A stretch of 62,994 bases of DNA, filler included, from Octopus bimaculoides (GCF_001194135.2; 6 parts of 4 records of this genome joined end to end with filler, not necessarily neighbours in it); one strand, 5' to 3'; shown: positions 49,188 to 62,746, numbered from the whole stretch's first letter. The notes: generated by a model from the letters alone, not told the origin. Made by a program: numbers and translations.

Positions 49188-49586
49188 ATCTATCTATCTA
49201 TCTATTTAGCTAGCCAGCTATCTCTATCACACACACATTCGCTTTCTCCGTCTCACTGAACTGGAAGAACTGTAATGGAGAGAGAAAGGTTCAATGCCCA
49301 AAACCCAACCGATGGCATTACCGCAGCTCAGCAGAAGAGTTATTACAACAGTTCTCCAGATGACAGTTCCACAACAGGTATCGAGACAGCTTTCAGATGA
49401 TTTATCAGCACAGCTCCCCAACTGAATAATTACAAGTCTCCAGATGACTTATTACTCCTTGCTACAAACAACTCTCAGGATGACTTATTACTAGACAGAT
49501 CTGCAGATGATTGATCACCTCATCTCTCCAGATGTCTTAATATCACAATCCCCCAAAAGTTTTAACTGTTACTGAGAGCCGTTCTC

Positions 49587-49930
49587 TTCGTCTCCTAGGG
49601 TTGACTTTCTGTAATGATTTTTCTTGGAGGACTTACATTGAATCCATTTCCAAATCGGCTGCAACGAAGGTAAGCTCACTCTTTCCTTCGAGGAGTTACC
49701 TCACTCCTAAGACTATTCTTTACATTTATAAGTCCACCATTCGCCCCAGCATTGAGTACTGTTGTCACATACTCTCCTGCAAAGTATTGAACTCTGTTGG
49801 ACCGCGTTCAACACCATATTTGTAATGCTATTGGTCCTAGTCTATCTTCTAAATTGGATTCATTCTGTCGTCGTAGTCGTGTATTTTCCTTGTCTCTTTT
49901 CTATGAGTATTTTCATGGACATTGTTCAAT
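49587..49930 (+). mobile_element. LINE RT C-terminal fragment (CR1/jockey-like, different family)
   Basis: LGLTFCNDFSWRTYIESISKSAATKV..LYIYKSTIRPSIEYCCHI..LDRVQ..GPSLSSKLD..SLFYEYFHGHCS. Confidence 0.8.
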
Positions 49931-50248
49931 ATAAGATATGGTATTAATCGTTCAGTATAATTCCATCACGGTGGGGATGGGCCTGAAACCGTGTGGCTGG
50001 GAAGCAGACGTCTTACCACACAGCGAAGAAAAAAAATTATCTCTAATTTTACTCTTTCTCCTATGAATATTGTTTGTTTTTCCATATTACGATTTTTTTT
50101 TCGTGTGAACATATACGAATGCACACACTGCAAGAACTATTTTAACAAAGGACTGTGTGCGATATAATCAGGCCAGACGTTCTATCGATCCATTTATCAT
50201 TTTAGTTATGTTTTTGTTTCAAAAGTCATGAATTGGAATGAGACGACA

Positions 50249-50324
50249 GGGCGCAGCCACTCGGGCGCAGCCACTCGGGCGCAGCCACTCGGGCGCAGCC
50301 ACTCGGGCGCAGCCACTCGGGCGC
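50249..50324. repeat. Perfect GC-rich 14-bp minisatellite (GGGCGCAGCCACTC x5.4)
   Basis: Direct reading. Confidence 0.95.
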
Positions 50325-50591
50325 TGATGATTAAAAAAAAAACTAAATAAAAAAGAAAAGAAAAAACTGTTTTAATAAAAAAAAAATAATTAAAAAACAT
50401 AATACACGATATTTTTTCACCAAATTCAACATTAAAATTACTGGTGTGTATAATGTCTATAAGATATGGTATTAAACCGCAAAGTTTTCTCCACCCATTT
50501 TCATTTAAAATATATATATATATATATACGCATTACTATTTAACTTTATTATGTTTTCTCATATATCTGCATATTATATGTAAAACCAAGT

Positions 50592-50691
50592 NNNNNNNNN
50601 NNNNNNNNNNNNNNNNNNNNNNNNNNNNNNNNNNNTTAATTAATTAANNNNNNNNNNNNNNNNNNNNNNNNNNNNNNNNNNNNNNNNNNNN
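50592..50691. other. Artificial scaffold-join spacer
   Basis: 44N + TTAATTAATTAA + 44N. Confidence 0.95.
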
Positions 50692-50865
50692 CGCGGTTTG
50701 TATGTTTACTACCCCGTGACTTAACGGTTCGGCAAAAGAGATTGATAGAATAGTACCAGGCTTGAGAAAAAATAAGTACTGAGGTCGATTAGTTCGACTA
50801 AAATTCTTTAAAGCGGTGCCCCAGCATGGCCGCAGTCTAATGACTGAAACAAGTAAAAGTAAAAG
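50692..50865 (+). mobile_element. SINE family A 3' half
   Basis: cggttcggcaaaagag..gcggtgccccagcatggccgcagtc..ctgaaacaagtaaaag. Confidence 0.85.
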
Positions 50866-51992
50866 CAAAGATCCTCACGATTGTGGTGCATTGTTTGTTG
50901 AGAGAAAGAGCATACACTCTAAGGTGGACATAGCCTGGTTTTGTTTTTGTTGTTTTTTTTTTCATGAAATAACACATATTTAAGAAAAGCAGTTGCGAGC
51001 CACATTCTATGTGCCAGCTACCACCGACATTGGAGATTTTAAATCTGATCAGGGATAGTTCATTAACGCTCAATCAATATTTTTCGTGAATACCTCGTTG
51101 AGAGACATATTTGCAGGAAGACAAAATTGCCGTAATTCACCGTGAGGCGAATTTACCGTATCTACAATGATAAAACGTGAAAGAACGATAAACGGTTTTA
51201 TAAAAGCATTACATAGGCAAGTTTTTATTCAACATTAAGCATTAAAAAAATGTGATGACGTCATTTACCACGAAATTTCTTCAGACGAATTTTNNNNNNN
51301 NNNNNNNNNNNNNNNNNNNNNNNNNNNNNNNNNNNNNNNNNNNNNNNNNNNNNNNNNNNNNNNNNNNNNNNNNNNNNNNNNNNNNNNNNNNNNNNNNNNN
51401 NNNNNNNNNNNNNNNNNNNNNNNNNNNNNNNNNNNNNNNNNNNNNNNNNNNNNNNNNNNNNNNNNNNNNNNNNNNNNNNNNNNNNNNNNNNNNNNNNNNN
51501 NNNNNNNNNNNNNNNNNNNNNNNNNNNNNNNNNNNNNNNNNNNNNNNNNNNNNNNNNNNNNNNNNNNNNNNNNNNNNNNNNNNNNNNNNNNNNNNNNNNN
51601 NNNNNNNNNNNNNNNNNNNNNNNNNNNNNNNNNNNNNNNNNNNNNNNNNNNNNNNNNNNNNNNNCAACATACTGAAAATTCAGAAACAGCAGTCAAAGAA
51701 CTACTGATTCTAAACTACAAATTTTTCTCTAAAATGGATGGCGATATTTATGGCACACATAGAACAAAAAACCGGAGGGAAAAGCACAAACAAAACAAGC
51801 CTTTAGTTAATTGGGTACGAATCGTTTCATGGTTAAGCGAACGAAAACTTCACTATTCCAATCTTCAGCCCAAATATTCTGATAAATTTGAAAGTGTCTC
51901 TAAAAAAATTCACGGTAATCTTTGGCCATGCGACACCAAAAATCAACGATAAGAAAGGCACTTACGAATTCATCGGCTAGCGAGTTCAGGCA

Positions 51993-52214
51993 TGTATGTG
52001 TGTGTGTATGTTTGTGTATCTGTGTTTGTCCCCCTAGCATTGCTTGACAACCGATGCTAGTGTGTTTATGTCCCCGTCACTTAGCGGTTCGGCAAAAAGA
52101 GACCGACAGAATAAGTAGTAGGCTTGCAAAGAATAAGTCCCGGGGTCGATTTGCTCGACTAAAGGCGGTGCTCCAGCATGGCCACAGTCAAATGACTGAA
52201 ACAAGTAAAAGAGT
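51993..52214 (+). mobile_element. SINE family A 3' half
   Basis: Near-consensus tail ending aaggcggtgctccagcatggccacagtcaaatgactgaaacaagtaaaagagta. Confidence 0.9.
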
Positions 52215-53009
52215 ATAACCATATTTTGTGTCGTTCTGACAAAATTAATTACTGTAAATCAGTGGGATTAATGACAACATTATGATTTGTTCTCTAAATT
52301 TCAATTTGTTCCCTAAATTACGTAATATTTTCCTCAGAGCAGGCATATCAGGAATAGCAGTTGGACTAGTTTGCGACATGAATGTCAACGATCTTTTACA
52401 GCTACATTCAGGGACTCGAGAACCATGACTACATTTTTTTTTCTTTGTATCGCTTCAAATATGTATAACTTGTGCGGCTGGATCTTTATGTGAATGGGTG
52501 TTTAATGTTCTTACCATCACTTTACTATTTTTTGTATGTAGCCTTGCTCTGTATCGATTTTCCTGCTCGCAGTTCCAAAATTTTAATTCGCTATCCCTTC
52601 TGTTTACTTTGTCAGAATAATACAGAAATCCATGGTGTGATTTTTTTTTTTTCTTTTTCCACGTTTCGTCAATATATCACCAGCCATCAAGTGTATAACC
52701 AAAAGTAGAAAGCTAAACGAAATTTCATATTTGAGTGGTTTGCGTTGTGTGATTGTGTGATAGCAACACTAGTTATTATGTAGAATAAAAATAAAATTTT
52801 CAGAGTGCCAAAAGCTCTCAAAACCAAAGCATATGATGTCAAATAATTTCAGCATCGAATCAGTAACACCAAATGAGCATGACAGAATAGATTGTCTCTA
52901 ACGCAGGCCACACGCCTTCAGCTAGTCAAGTATTGAAGTTTGTATAATCGAGTGCTATCTCTACACAGAATGTTTAGCCTAGCGTTTGTATAAAAACGAT
53001 TGTATAAAC

Positions 53010-54066
53010 CAATGGTTCCCAACCTGGTCCACAAAGGTAGTACTGGGGTTTCGTGAACTAAATTCAAAATGTCATTTATATATATATATAGTGTTAGGTG
53101 TGGTGTACAGAAATTGAATATTGAGAAAAAATGTCTTCAGAATTTTGGTAAAAATTTTTTTTTATTTCTTCATTATTATTATTAGCGCTTTCGTTCGTTT
53201 CTCGGACTTGTCAAATAGAATTTTGTGAATGTATTGGGTTGTCCAGAAAGTTCGTGCCGATTTATAGTAGCTTACTTTTTGAGTTATTTGCCGTGAAACC
53301 ATCTCAATTCTGAGAAGAGGATATTTTCAAGTTAAAGGAAAGATGGAGACGCATTGTGCAACAAAATGGTTCATATTTGGTTGATTAAAAATGTAATGGC
53401 AAGTATTTATTGACCTTTTTCTTTCCTTTAAAAATCAGCAAGAACTTTCCGGACAACCCAATACAAGCAGCTTGTTCATTTATATTAAGCAGATGTTTTG
53501 TTGGGGATTTTGTTTAGAAGAAGAGAACATTGTTTTTGTTTTTTTTTTGTGTGTGAGGTTTCATGACAATGGAGATAGAAAGATAGAAATTTAGATAGGT
53601 AGATAGATAAATAGAAATTTTAATAGGCTGATAGATAACAGCTTATCTACCTATCTATANNNNNNNNNNNNNNNNNNNNNNNNNNNNNNNNNNNNNNNNN
53701 NNNNNNNNNNNNNNNNNNNNNNNNNNNNNNNNNNNNNNNNNNNNNNNNNNNNNNNNNNNNNNNNNNNNNNNNNNNNNNNNNNNNNNNNNNNNNNNNNNNN
53801 NNNNNNNNNNNNNNNNNNNNNNNNNNNNNNNNNNNNNNNNNNNNNNNNNNNNNNNNNNNNNNNNNNNNNNNNNNNNNNNNNNNNNNNNNNNNNNNNNNNN
53901 NNNNNNNNNNNNNNNNNNNNNNNNNNNNNNNNNNNNNNNNTATATATATATATATATGCTTGTATATATGTATGTATGTATATTAGGATAAGCATATATG
54001 GGAATAAATAGATTAAAAGGGGCCCGTGAGAAAACTCATTCTAAATAAAAGGGTTGGGAATCACTG
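53010..54066. mobile_element. Possible hAT (Charlie-like) non-autonomous element with nested insertions
   Basis: Ends caatggttcccaacc ... ggttgggaatcactg are inverted; no 8-bp TSD found. Confidence 0.45.
53234..53461 (+). mobile_element. Internally deleted mariner-like element
   Basis: ~30-bp TIRs (ttgggttgtccagaaagttcgtgccgattt / aaatcagcaagaactttccggacaacccaa), TA flanks, transposase end KLKERWRRIVQQNGSYLVD*. Confidence 0.88.
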
Positions 54067-55149
54067 TTGGGAGCCACTGATATAAACTATTGCAGGGCGG
54101 TAGATAGCAAAAATAAGACAAAATTACTTGCAATCTTTAAAACCGTTCTTTTACGCTCCAAGTTCGAACTCCGCTGGAGCTTAACTCATAATAACCTGTC
54201 AATCGCTCACAAGACTCGATTAAATCAATTACACAGTTTCCTCCACCCACGTAAAGAAAAATAAGTGACTTTCTTTCTATGATTCATAACGATAGAGTGG
54301 GTTTTTGTTAAATCGCTTTCCGTGCTAGGTAAAACGCGCATAAAGTATTAGGATCGATTTAATTTCCCACAGCGGGTATGTTCGCTTCAGTTAAAACAAG
54401 ATACTCATTCATAAAATGAAATACTCTGGAATCAATATTAATCAGTGCTAGTCATCCAAATGTAACTCGTAATCAGATTTTCTGTTCAAAGCATGGAATA
54501 CGAAACTACAGAATAAAGTTATGTATTTAGCCACGACTAGAAATGTTCATTTAAATTACTTCAGGTGTATTTATGATAAATCTATGACTAAATCGTTTGA
54601 CCACCACCAAGTTATAATAATATTTATATAAATTATTGAACAGAAATGCTTAATATTGGTTTCTGAATAAACATTTTCGCTATGGCATTTTCTAACGAAC
54701 CATGGGATCTGCGTCGTACGATTGTGCGATAGCAACACGACTTCAAACCTATTATAGATTGTAGAAGAATTAACTTGATTTAAAATGTATCCCAAACTTG
54801 ATCTTCCCATTAATGTCTCTACACTCAGTAGATTATTGGACCATTGCTTAATAGAGGTAACATACCACACATCTTCCTAACTCTGCTACTCCAAGACAGC
54901 AAAATGATCCGCTCCGGTAGTTTTATGCCAGCTAACTCTAACAGCAAACAGTTTTCGCTCTCGACTCATTTCCTGTCAGAAACAAATCTCCTATCCTCGA
55001 AATCTCAAGTGATCCGCACGTAGCTATGACTTCTCGCCTACTAAATTACTGACAATTTCTACCACTTTGGGAACTACCAATCACCAACGATAAAACTTCA
55101 TTGGTAACACACCGACAAAAATAGGTTTAATTCTATACTCAGTCGTGGG

Positions 55150-55287
55150 TCACTTTGATCACGGTTTGAATAATAACAATAGATCCTATCACTCAAATCC
55201 CACTGGGATCGATATAATTGGCTTAATCCGTTTGTCTGTCCTTGTTTGTCCCCTCTGTGAGTAGCCCCTTGTGGGCAGTAAAGAAAT

Positions 55288-55334
<47 letters not shown>

Positions 55335-55335
55335 A
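55150..55335 (+). mobile_element. SINE-like 3' tail (family E) ending in (GATA)n
   Basis: tccgtttgtctgtccttgtttgtcccctctgtgagtagccccttgtgggcagtaaagaaataag; single copy here, family status from recall. Confidence 0.45.
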
Positions 55336-55784
55336 ACAATATGATAAAATACACATTCCCAAAATTGTACAAACACTAGAGTTCCTCTTCACTGTAGAAC
55401 CAGGAAGTACTTCGATCACCATAAATACCTAAATCTGTACAAGATGGAAGTAAAGACTGCAACTGAAATACAGTTCACGTCAATGAGGCGGTGCTTCAGC
55501 CAAAATACAAATATTCTTCGCTCAAATCCAAAAGGAAGCCATTCATTTAACTAATTTGCAAATACCCAATCACTACATAATCCAGCCTCATTCACAAACA
55601 GCTGATTCCACGCATAAAAACTATAAATAACAAAAATTCTAACTTCAGAAAACTAAATCTGAAATCGTTAATCCCATAGTAAGAGCTAATTTTAAAACAC
55701 CAACGCATCAGGATAATATTTTTCTACGAAATATGGTTTGAAGAAAAAATTGGGAAAATAAAGACAAAAATAATAGAAATCTAC

Positions 55785-56143
55785 TTGTTGGCACTCCGTC
55801 GCTTACGACGTCGAGGGTTCCAGTTGATCCGATCAACGGAACAGCCTGCTCGTGAAATTAACGTGCAAGTGGCTGAGCACTCCACAGACACGTGTACTCT
55901 TAACGCAGTTCTCGGGGATATTCAGCGTGACACAGAGTGACAAGGCTGGCCCCTTTGAAATACAGATACAACAAAAACAGGAAGAAAGAGTGAGAGAAAG
56001 TTGTGGTGGAAGAGTACAGCAGGGTTCGCCACCATCTCCTGTTTTCGCTCAATAAACACTCACAACGCCCAGTCTGGGAATCGAAACCGCGATCCTATGA
56101 CCGTGAGTCCGCTGCCCTAATCACTGGGCCATTGCGCCGCCAC
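55785..56143 (-). mobile_element. Full-length tRNA-derived SINE family C with 9-bp TSD
   Basis: tRNA-like head with A/B boxes; AGAAATCTA at 55775-55783 and 56144-56152. Confidence 0.92.
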
Positions 56144-56299
56144 AGAAATCTAGTAAAGACAAATATATTGAGGTTTAGAAACCTCGAAACAGCTGGTAAT
56201 GTAAAAAGTTATGAACAGGAAATACATGAGAACAAAAACTGATTGGATATCCTTAAGTATTGAAATGTGTTGCGATTTTGTTGCTTGTTTTTCTATCTG

Positions 56300-56513
56300 T
56301 TACTCTTTTACTCATTCAACTGTTTCAGTCATTTTCACTGCGACCATGCTGGAGCACCACCTTTAGTCCAACGAATCAACCCCAGGACCTATTCTTTGTA
56401 AGCCTAGTACTTATTCTATCGGCCTCTTTTGCCGAACCGCTAGGTTACGGGGACGTAAACACACCAACAAGCGATGCGGGGAGACAAACACAGGCACACA
56501 GATATATTCATAC

Positions 56514-56552
<39 letters not shown>
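56300..56552 (-). mobile_element. SINE family A 3' half
   Basis: tgtttcagtcatt..gcgaccatgctggagcacc; scaffold ends in the internal (TA)n. Confidence 0.85.
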
Positions 56553-56652
56553 NNNNNNNNNNNNNNNNNNNNNNNNNNNNNNNNNNNNNNNNNNNNTTAA
56601 TTAATTAANNNNNNNNNNNNNNNNNNNNNNNNNNNNNNNNNNNNNNNNNNNN
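56553..56652. other. Artificial scaffold-join spacer
   Basis: 44N + TTAATTAATTAA + 44N. Confidence 0.95.
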
Positions 56653-56701
<49 letters not shown>

Positions 56702-56937
56702 TATACATATAAATACACTCACATATATATATATATATATACATATAAATACACTCACATATATATATATATACATATAAATACACTCACATATATACTT
56801 ATACATATATATATATACACGGAGATACACACACTCAGGCACACATATGTTCATACATACACACATACATAGATAGATACATGCATACATACATACATTC
56901 ATATAGACATACATTCATGTCTCTCTCTATATATGTG

Positions 56938-56978
<41 letters not shown>

Positions 56979-57049
56979 CATATATATATGTATATACATA
57001 TATATATATATATTTCATATATATGTATATACATATATATATATATTTC

Positions 57050-57082
<33 letters not shown>

Positions 57083-58202
57083 TATATTTCATATATATAT
57101 GTATATACATATATATATATTTATATATATATATATATATATATATACAAACACAGACACATATTCATATATATATATATATACATATATATGTGTATAT
57201 ATATATATATATATACATATATATACATACACACACACGCACACACACACACACACACATACACNNNNNNNNNNNNNNNNNNNNNNNNNNNNNNNNNNNN
57301 NNNNNNNNNNNNNNNNNNNNNNNNNNNNNNNNNNNNNNNNNNNNNNNNNNNNNNNNNNNNNNNNNNNNNNNNNNNNNNNNNNNNNNNNNNNNNNNNNNNN
57401 NNNNNNNNNNNNNNNNNNNNNNNNNNNNNNNNNNNNNNNNNNNNNNNNNNNNNNNNNNNNNNNNNNNNNNNNNNNNNNNNNNNNNNNNNNNNNNNNNNNN
57501 NNNNNNNNNNNNNNNNNNNNNNNNNNNNNNNNNNNNNNNNNNNNNNNNNNNNNNNNNNNNNNNNNNNNNNNNNNNNNNNNNNNNNNNNNNNNNNNNNNNN
57601 NNNNNNNNNNNNNNNNNNNNNNNNNNNNNNNNNNNNNNNNNNNNNNNNNNNNNNNNNNNNNNNNNNNNNNNNNNNNNNNNNNNNNNNNNNNNNNNNNNNN
57701 NNNNNNNNNNNNNNNNNNNNNNNNNNNNNNNNNNNNNNNNNNNNNNNNNNNNNNNNNNNNNNNNNNNNNNNNNNNNNNNNNNNNNNNNNNNNNNNNNNNN
57801 NNNNNNNNNNNNNNNNNNNNNNNNNNNNNNNNNNNNNNNNNNNNNNNNNNNATATATATATATATATATATATATACGAATTGTATATAATATATATGTG
57901 TGTGATGTGGTGTGGTGGGTGTGTGTGTGTGTGTGTATGTAATAGTTCATATAGACAGACAGAGAGATAGACGGTTAGATAGATAGATAGAGAGATAGAT
58001 AGATAGAACCAACCTTCAAGCCTCGCCAACCTGAAGGATACCAAGGAGCAGATTAAGAACGAGAGGGTTGGATATTAGTAGGAAAGTTTAATGACGATTG
58101 CTTCTGATAGGAAACAATATCAGTGGGCAGAGAAGATGGTAGGTTAAGAATATAATAACAATTAATACCATTTAAACCAATCCATTTTTTATTTTATATC
58201 AT

Positions 58203-58360
58203 TAAGGTGGCAAGTTGGCAAACTCTTTAGAGCATCGGAAAAATTCATTGTAGGTAATCGTTCATGCTATTTACTTTCTGTGGTCAAATCCTGAGGGACT
58301 CACTTTTGTTTTTCATTACTTCGGGGGTTGATAATATAAGAATGCCAGTCAAATATTGAG
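58203..58360 (+). mobile_element. Decayed SINE family B
   Basis: taaggtggcaagttggcaaa..ttcgggggttgataat. Confidence 0.5.
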
Positions 58361-58409
58361 AAAATAAAAAAAGGTTTAGTGGCTGTGTGTGTATGTATTT
58401 ACACACACA

Positions 58410-58459
<50 letters not shown>

Positions 58460-58465
<6 letters not shown>

Positions 58466-58590
58466 CACGACAGGCTTTTTTTCAGTTTCCCAGGCTATAA
58501 CAGAAGACACTTGCCCAAGGTGCCACGCAGTGAGACTGAACCTGGAACCATGTGCTTGGGAAGTAATCTTCTTAACACAAAGCCACGCCT
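58460..58590 (-). mobile_element. SINE family A 5' half with internal deletion
   Basis: gaagacacttgcccaaggtgccacgcagtgagactgaacc. Confidence 0.85.
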
Positions 58591-58863
58591 AAATATTAAA
58601 ATTTAATTAGATCTTTAAACTCTCAAACGACACGTGTCTATATAGTAGAAAGTCATTGTCAAGACTTATATAAACCTAACCCAGCGTTCATAATATACAG
58701 AACTTAGAAATTAGAGTGTTTTATTCATTACAAAGCAAACCATATGTCAGAGAAAAGCCTAAAAGACAATAGAATGAGACGGTTGGCAACTAGACGTACC
58801 AACATACATTTATCAACAATAATACTGTCAGACAGACATATGTGTGTATGTGTAGGTTTGTGC

Positions 58864-58908
<45 letters not shown>

Positions 58909-58935
58909 TGTCTGTCTGTCTGTCTATATACCTAC

Positions 58936-58975
<40 letters not shown>

Positions 58976-59219
58976 GTGTGTGTGTATATACATCATAGTC
59001 AGATAGACACGTATACATATATGCATACGTATATACATACATATATACATACATAGATGCATGCGTGCATGCATACATACATGCATGCAACATACATACA
59101 TACATACATACATACAATCGAAATTACTTGATGCACTAAATAATGCCATTGAAAGGATCACAAAGAACTACTCAGGAATCTTCTAATACATAACGGAAAG
59201 TAAAACAATTGACTCTGAT

Positions 59220-60620
59220 AATTATTTCAAATGGGATATTTCAAAGGAGACAGGACGAGATGCTGTTTATTTTGGCGCTGAATCTAATGTCTGGTAATGT
59301 GTTAGGGCTTACGACAAGAGACACTAATGTTACCCATAAACATTTTGTGGGTGATTTAAAAATCTGTCTTTGAAATATTTACAATGTTGAAAGCAACTGG
59401 GTCGAATAAAAGCATTTTCAACCGATTCGAGAATTGGGTTTCGTTAAAATAAATGTTCGTATTTGATAATTCAACGCAGTAAACAAAAAAGAAAGCTTCC
59501 GAAATGCAAAACGTTTACGTTATTAACCAATGTATCTTTCCTTTTTCACGCAAGGTGTGCCTAAAGACCAAGATATTAACAGAAATAGAATACTGTACTA
59601 GGTTTTTTTTTTAATGTGGCACTTGAAATTACCCTCTTCGTTATCATCTGGTCAAACTTATTCGGATTTATCCAATTTGATCACACCACATCACGATCCC
59701 TCACAGTGTTTGGTAGGTCAACATGGAAACATCCCACATCCAGAGTCAGTATAAAGCTAGTGAATATAGTTTATTTCCTGGACGGCCAGCCTAAGTATAT
59801 TCATGTCGGAGTGTACATAATAGTGTGCCGCCTATGAATTCTTACTCAGTCCTCCAGAAATGTTACGTAAAGTGCAGGTGTCTCTCTCTCTAATGACATT
59901 AGTGCAGGTAAGAAGATTTGTCGTACAACCTTTGGTTAAATGATTTTTTTCCAGGAGATATTCAATACGGCTCGTAACATGCGAATGCAAACGTCATCAA
60001 ACCTTGTCTCTATATATTTAAGTAAAATAGCACTGATTCCACCATGCCGCAGAAAAGGCGTTTTTTACGTTCATCAAATTATGATGACGTCTAGATTGCA
60101 CTAAGGCCGTCAAGAAATGCATCATTGTTGCGAGACGAAGGTTCATGTCCTTTTCTGTAGATACAACGTTGTTCTATGAGTATACGAAGAGGTCTACACA
60201 TTTTAGATGGCTTTGTTGTACTTAATGTGGCTCCTTGATTGAAGCAGGAGTATTTTAAAAGGCTCGAGGAGATCTTATATTCTTTTTACAACCATACAAT
60301 ATGTCAAGGTACATTTGCAGTATTAGTACTGAAATAAATTTTGGAGGTATTAATTAGTCGATTGAGGAAACCCACTTCCTAGATATTAAACCTGAAATAT
60401 TATGACATCAACTAGAAGCTTCCACTAATATCAACCAGAGGCTTCTTAATATCCACAAGAAAAAGGCGAGGAGGTGCTTAATATTAGTCCTTACAACGTT
60501 TGATGTCATACAAGATCACCTAAACTGCATCTGTTAAACAACAGCAGCAAAAGTAAATACATCAGCCAAGTGCTCAAAAGAGGATAGAACAACACCAATG
60601 GATTTGTAGTGAATTATACA
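59220..60620 (+). mobile_element. Heavily decayed RLE-type (R4/Dong/R2-group) non-LTR retrotransposon
   Basis: GIF(Q)GD, LFILALNLMS, VTHKHFVGDLK (THLLFVDDLK-like), CETKVHVLFC (CCHC-like) in the expected order across frames. Confidence 0.55.
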
Positions 60621-62485
60621 CGAACTCACCACCTGATGATCTGCTGTGTGACCCTAGAATTGCTGGACAAGCTTATATTAACAAAGGTCTGAAGGAAAAG
60701 CATTGAGGATACTAAGTAAAGGTTATAAAAGAGTATGTTTTCTGTAAACTTCATGATGCTGCTATCATTGACAGAAAGTGTGTAACCGTTCTCAAACTCA
60801 TGACTATTACATCATGTCACATGTTGATGGTTATGTTTTTAGTTTTTAAGAACAAGAGAAAGCAGCAAAATTCGTATGTAATAAGAGACACTGAGGCGCT
60901 GAAACTCAAGATGCAACAGAAAATGTCTATTATGTCACGTCTGTGGAATATATTACACATGTGATAAGCAGCTGCCTCAAAATATGTCAAGATGCAGCGC
61001 CATCTTTAGGAACGTCAGCCCGAGAACATATATAGAAAAAATATTTCTGTGGTTGAGAGCATTCTTACTTTTCATCACAAGGAATAATGGTAGAACACTC
61101 CCATCAAATCTTCCACCAACTACAAACATAACTGACGTAATCTAGTTGTTTGGAATAGAAAAACAATACACGTATAGTTATTTAAGCTTAAGTACATTGC
61201 AGATGAGAACATTTCTTTCAAAATCAGTGAGAAAGGGAATATATGTATACGGGCGTTAGAAAATCCAAAGCTTCTCTACAACGATTCAAATACATGCTAA
61301 TAATTATCGGTACTTTTAGGTATGTTAATGTGAAAGTCGAAACAGGCAAAATAACTGATCAATTCAAATATAACCCAATAGACGGAAGAGTAAAACTTTT
61401 CTAGCGTTCATCATGTATATATCCTCTCTAGTTATCTAAATTCCAAATTCCAGTGATGGTGAGTTGTTTCTCTGTTAGGAACCAATTCCTTCTTTATAAG
61501 ATGAATTTAAAAATTAAAGATGAAAGAATGCATATACATACATAATACATACATACATACATACATACATACATAGTCAATTTGTGAGTGGAACAATAAA
61601 AATGTGCAAGGCTTTCGCCAAGTCCCAAATGTGAATTTGTCTGTGTTAGCTACATCCTAAAGATGGAGCCTTGTATCTTTGTTGGAAACCGGTTCCCTCT
61701 TCAGTGGAAGATTTATATTAATTAAAAAATAGAAGAGACTATATACATATATATATACATACATACATACATACATATATATGTATATNNNNNNNNNNNN
61801 NNNNNNNNNNNNNNNNNNNNNNNNNNNNNNNNNNNNNNNNNNNNNNNNNNNNNNNNNNNNNNNNNNNNNNNNNNNNNNNNNNNNNNNNNNNNNNNNNNNN
61901 NNNNNNNNNNNNNNNNNNNNNNNNNNNNNNNNNNNNNNNNNNNNNNNNNNNNNNNNNNNNNNNNNNNNNNNNNNNNNNNNNNNNNNNNNNNNNNNNNNNN
62001 NNNNNNNNNNNNNNNNNNNNNNNNNNNNNNNNNNNNNNNNNNNNNNNNNNNNNNNNNNNNNNNNNNNNNNNNNNNNNNNNNNNNNNNNNNNNNNNNNNNN
62101 NNNNNNNNNNNNNNNNNNNNNNNNNNNNNNNNNNNNNNNNNNNNNNNNNNNNNNNNNNNNNNNNNNNNNNNNNNNNNNNNNNNNNNNNNNNNNNNNNNNN
62201 NNNNNNNNNNNNNNNNNNNNNNNNNNNNNNNNNNNNNNNNNNNNNNNNNNNNNNNNNNNNNNNNNNNNNNNNNNNNNNNNNNNNNNNNNNNNNNNNNNNN
62301 NNNNNNNNNNNNNNNNNNNNNNNNNNNNNNNNNNNNNNNNNNNNNNNNNNNNNNNNNNNNNNNNNNNNNNNNNNNNNNNNNNNNNNNNNNNNNNNNNNNN
62401 NNNNNNNNNNNNNNNNNNNNNNNNNNNNNNNNNNNNNNNNNNNNNNNNNNNNNNNNNNNNNNNNNNNNNNNNNTATATATATTCT

Positions 62486-62689
62486 TTATTCCTTTTAGTC
62501 TTATTTGTTTCAGTCATTTGACTGCGGCCATGCTGGAGCACCGCCTTTAGTCGAGCAAATCGACCCCAGGACTTATTCATTGTAAGCCTAGTACTTATTC
62601 TATCGGTCTCTCTTGCCGAACCGACCGCTATGTTACGGGAACGTAAACATACCAGCGATGTTGGGGGACAAACACAGACACACAAACAT

Positions 62690-62746
<57 letters not shown>

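Noticed and set aside
54860-55060. Possible LINE endonuclease remnant on - strand
   Set aside because: Only a single DH-like dipeptide; insufficient evidence.
55785-56143. tRNA genes at SINE heads (also 12194, 27718, 37702, 41576)
   Set aside because: A/B boxes are present but there is no complete cloverleaf; each continues into a SINE body, and two family C copies have TSDs.
670-62685. Long ORFs rich in YI, CV, HT or X in the supplied track
   Set aside because: Translations of (TA)n, (TG)n, (CA)n microsatellites or N gaps, which lack stops by construction.
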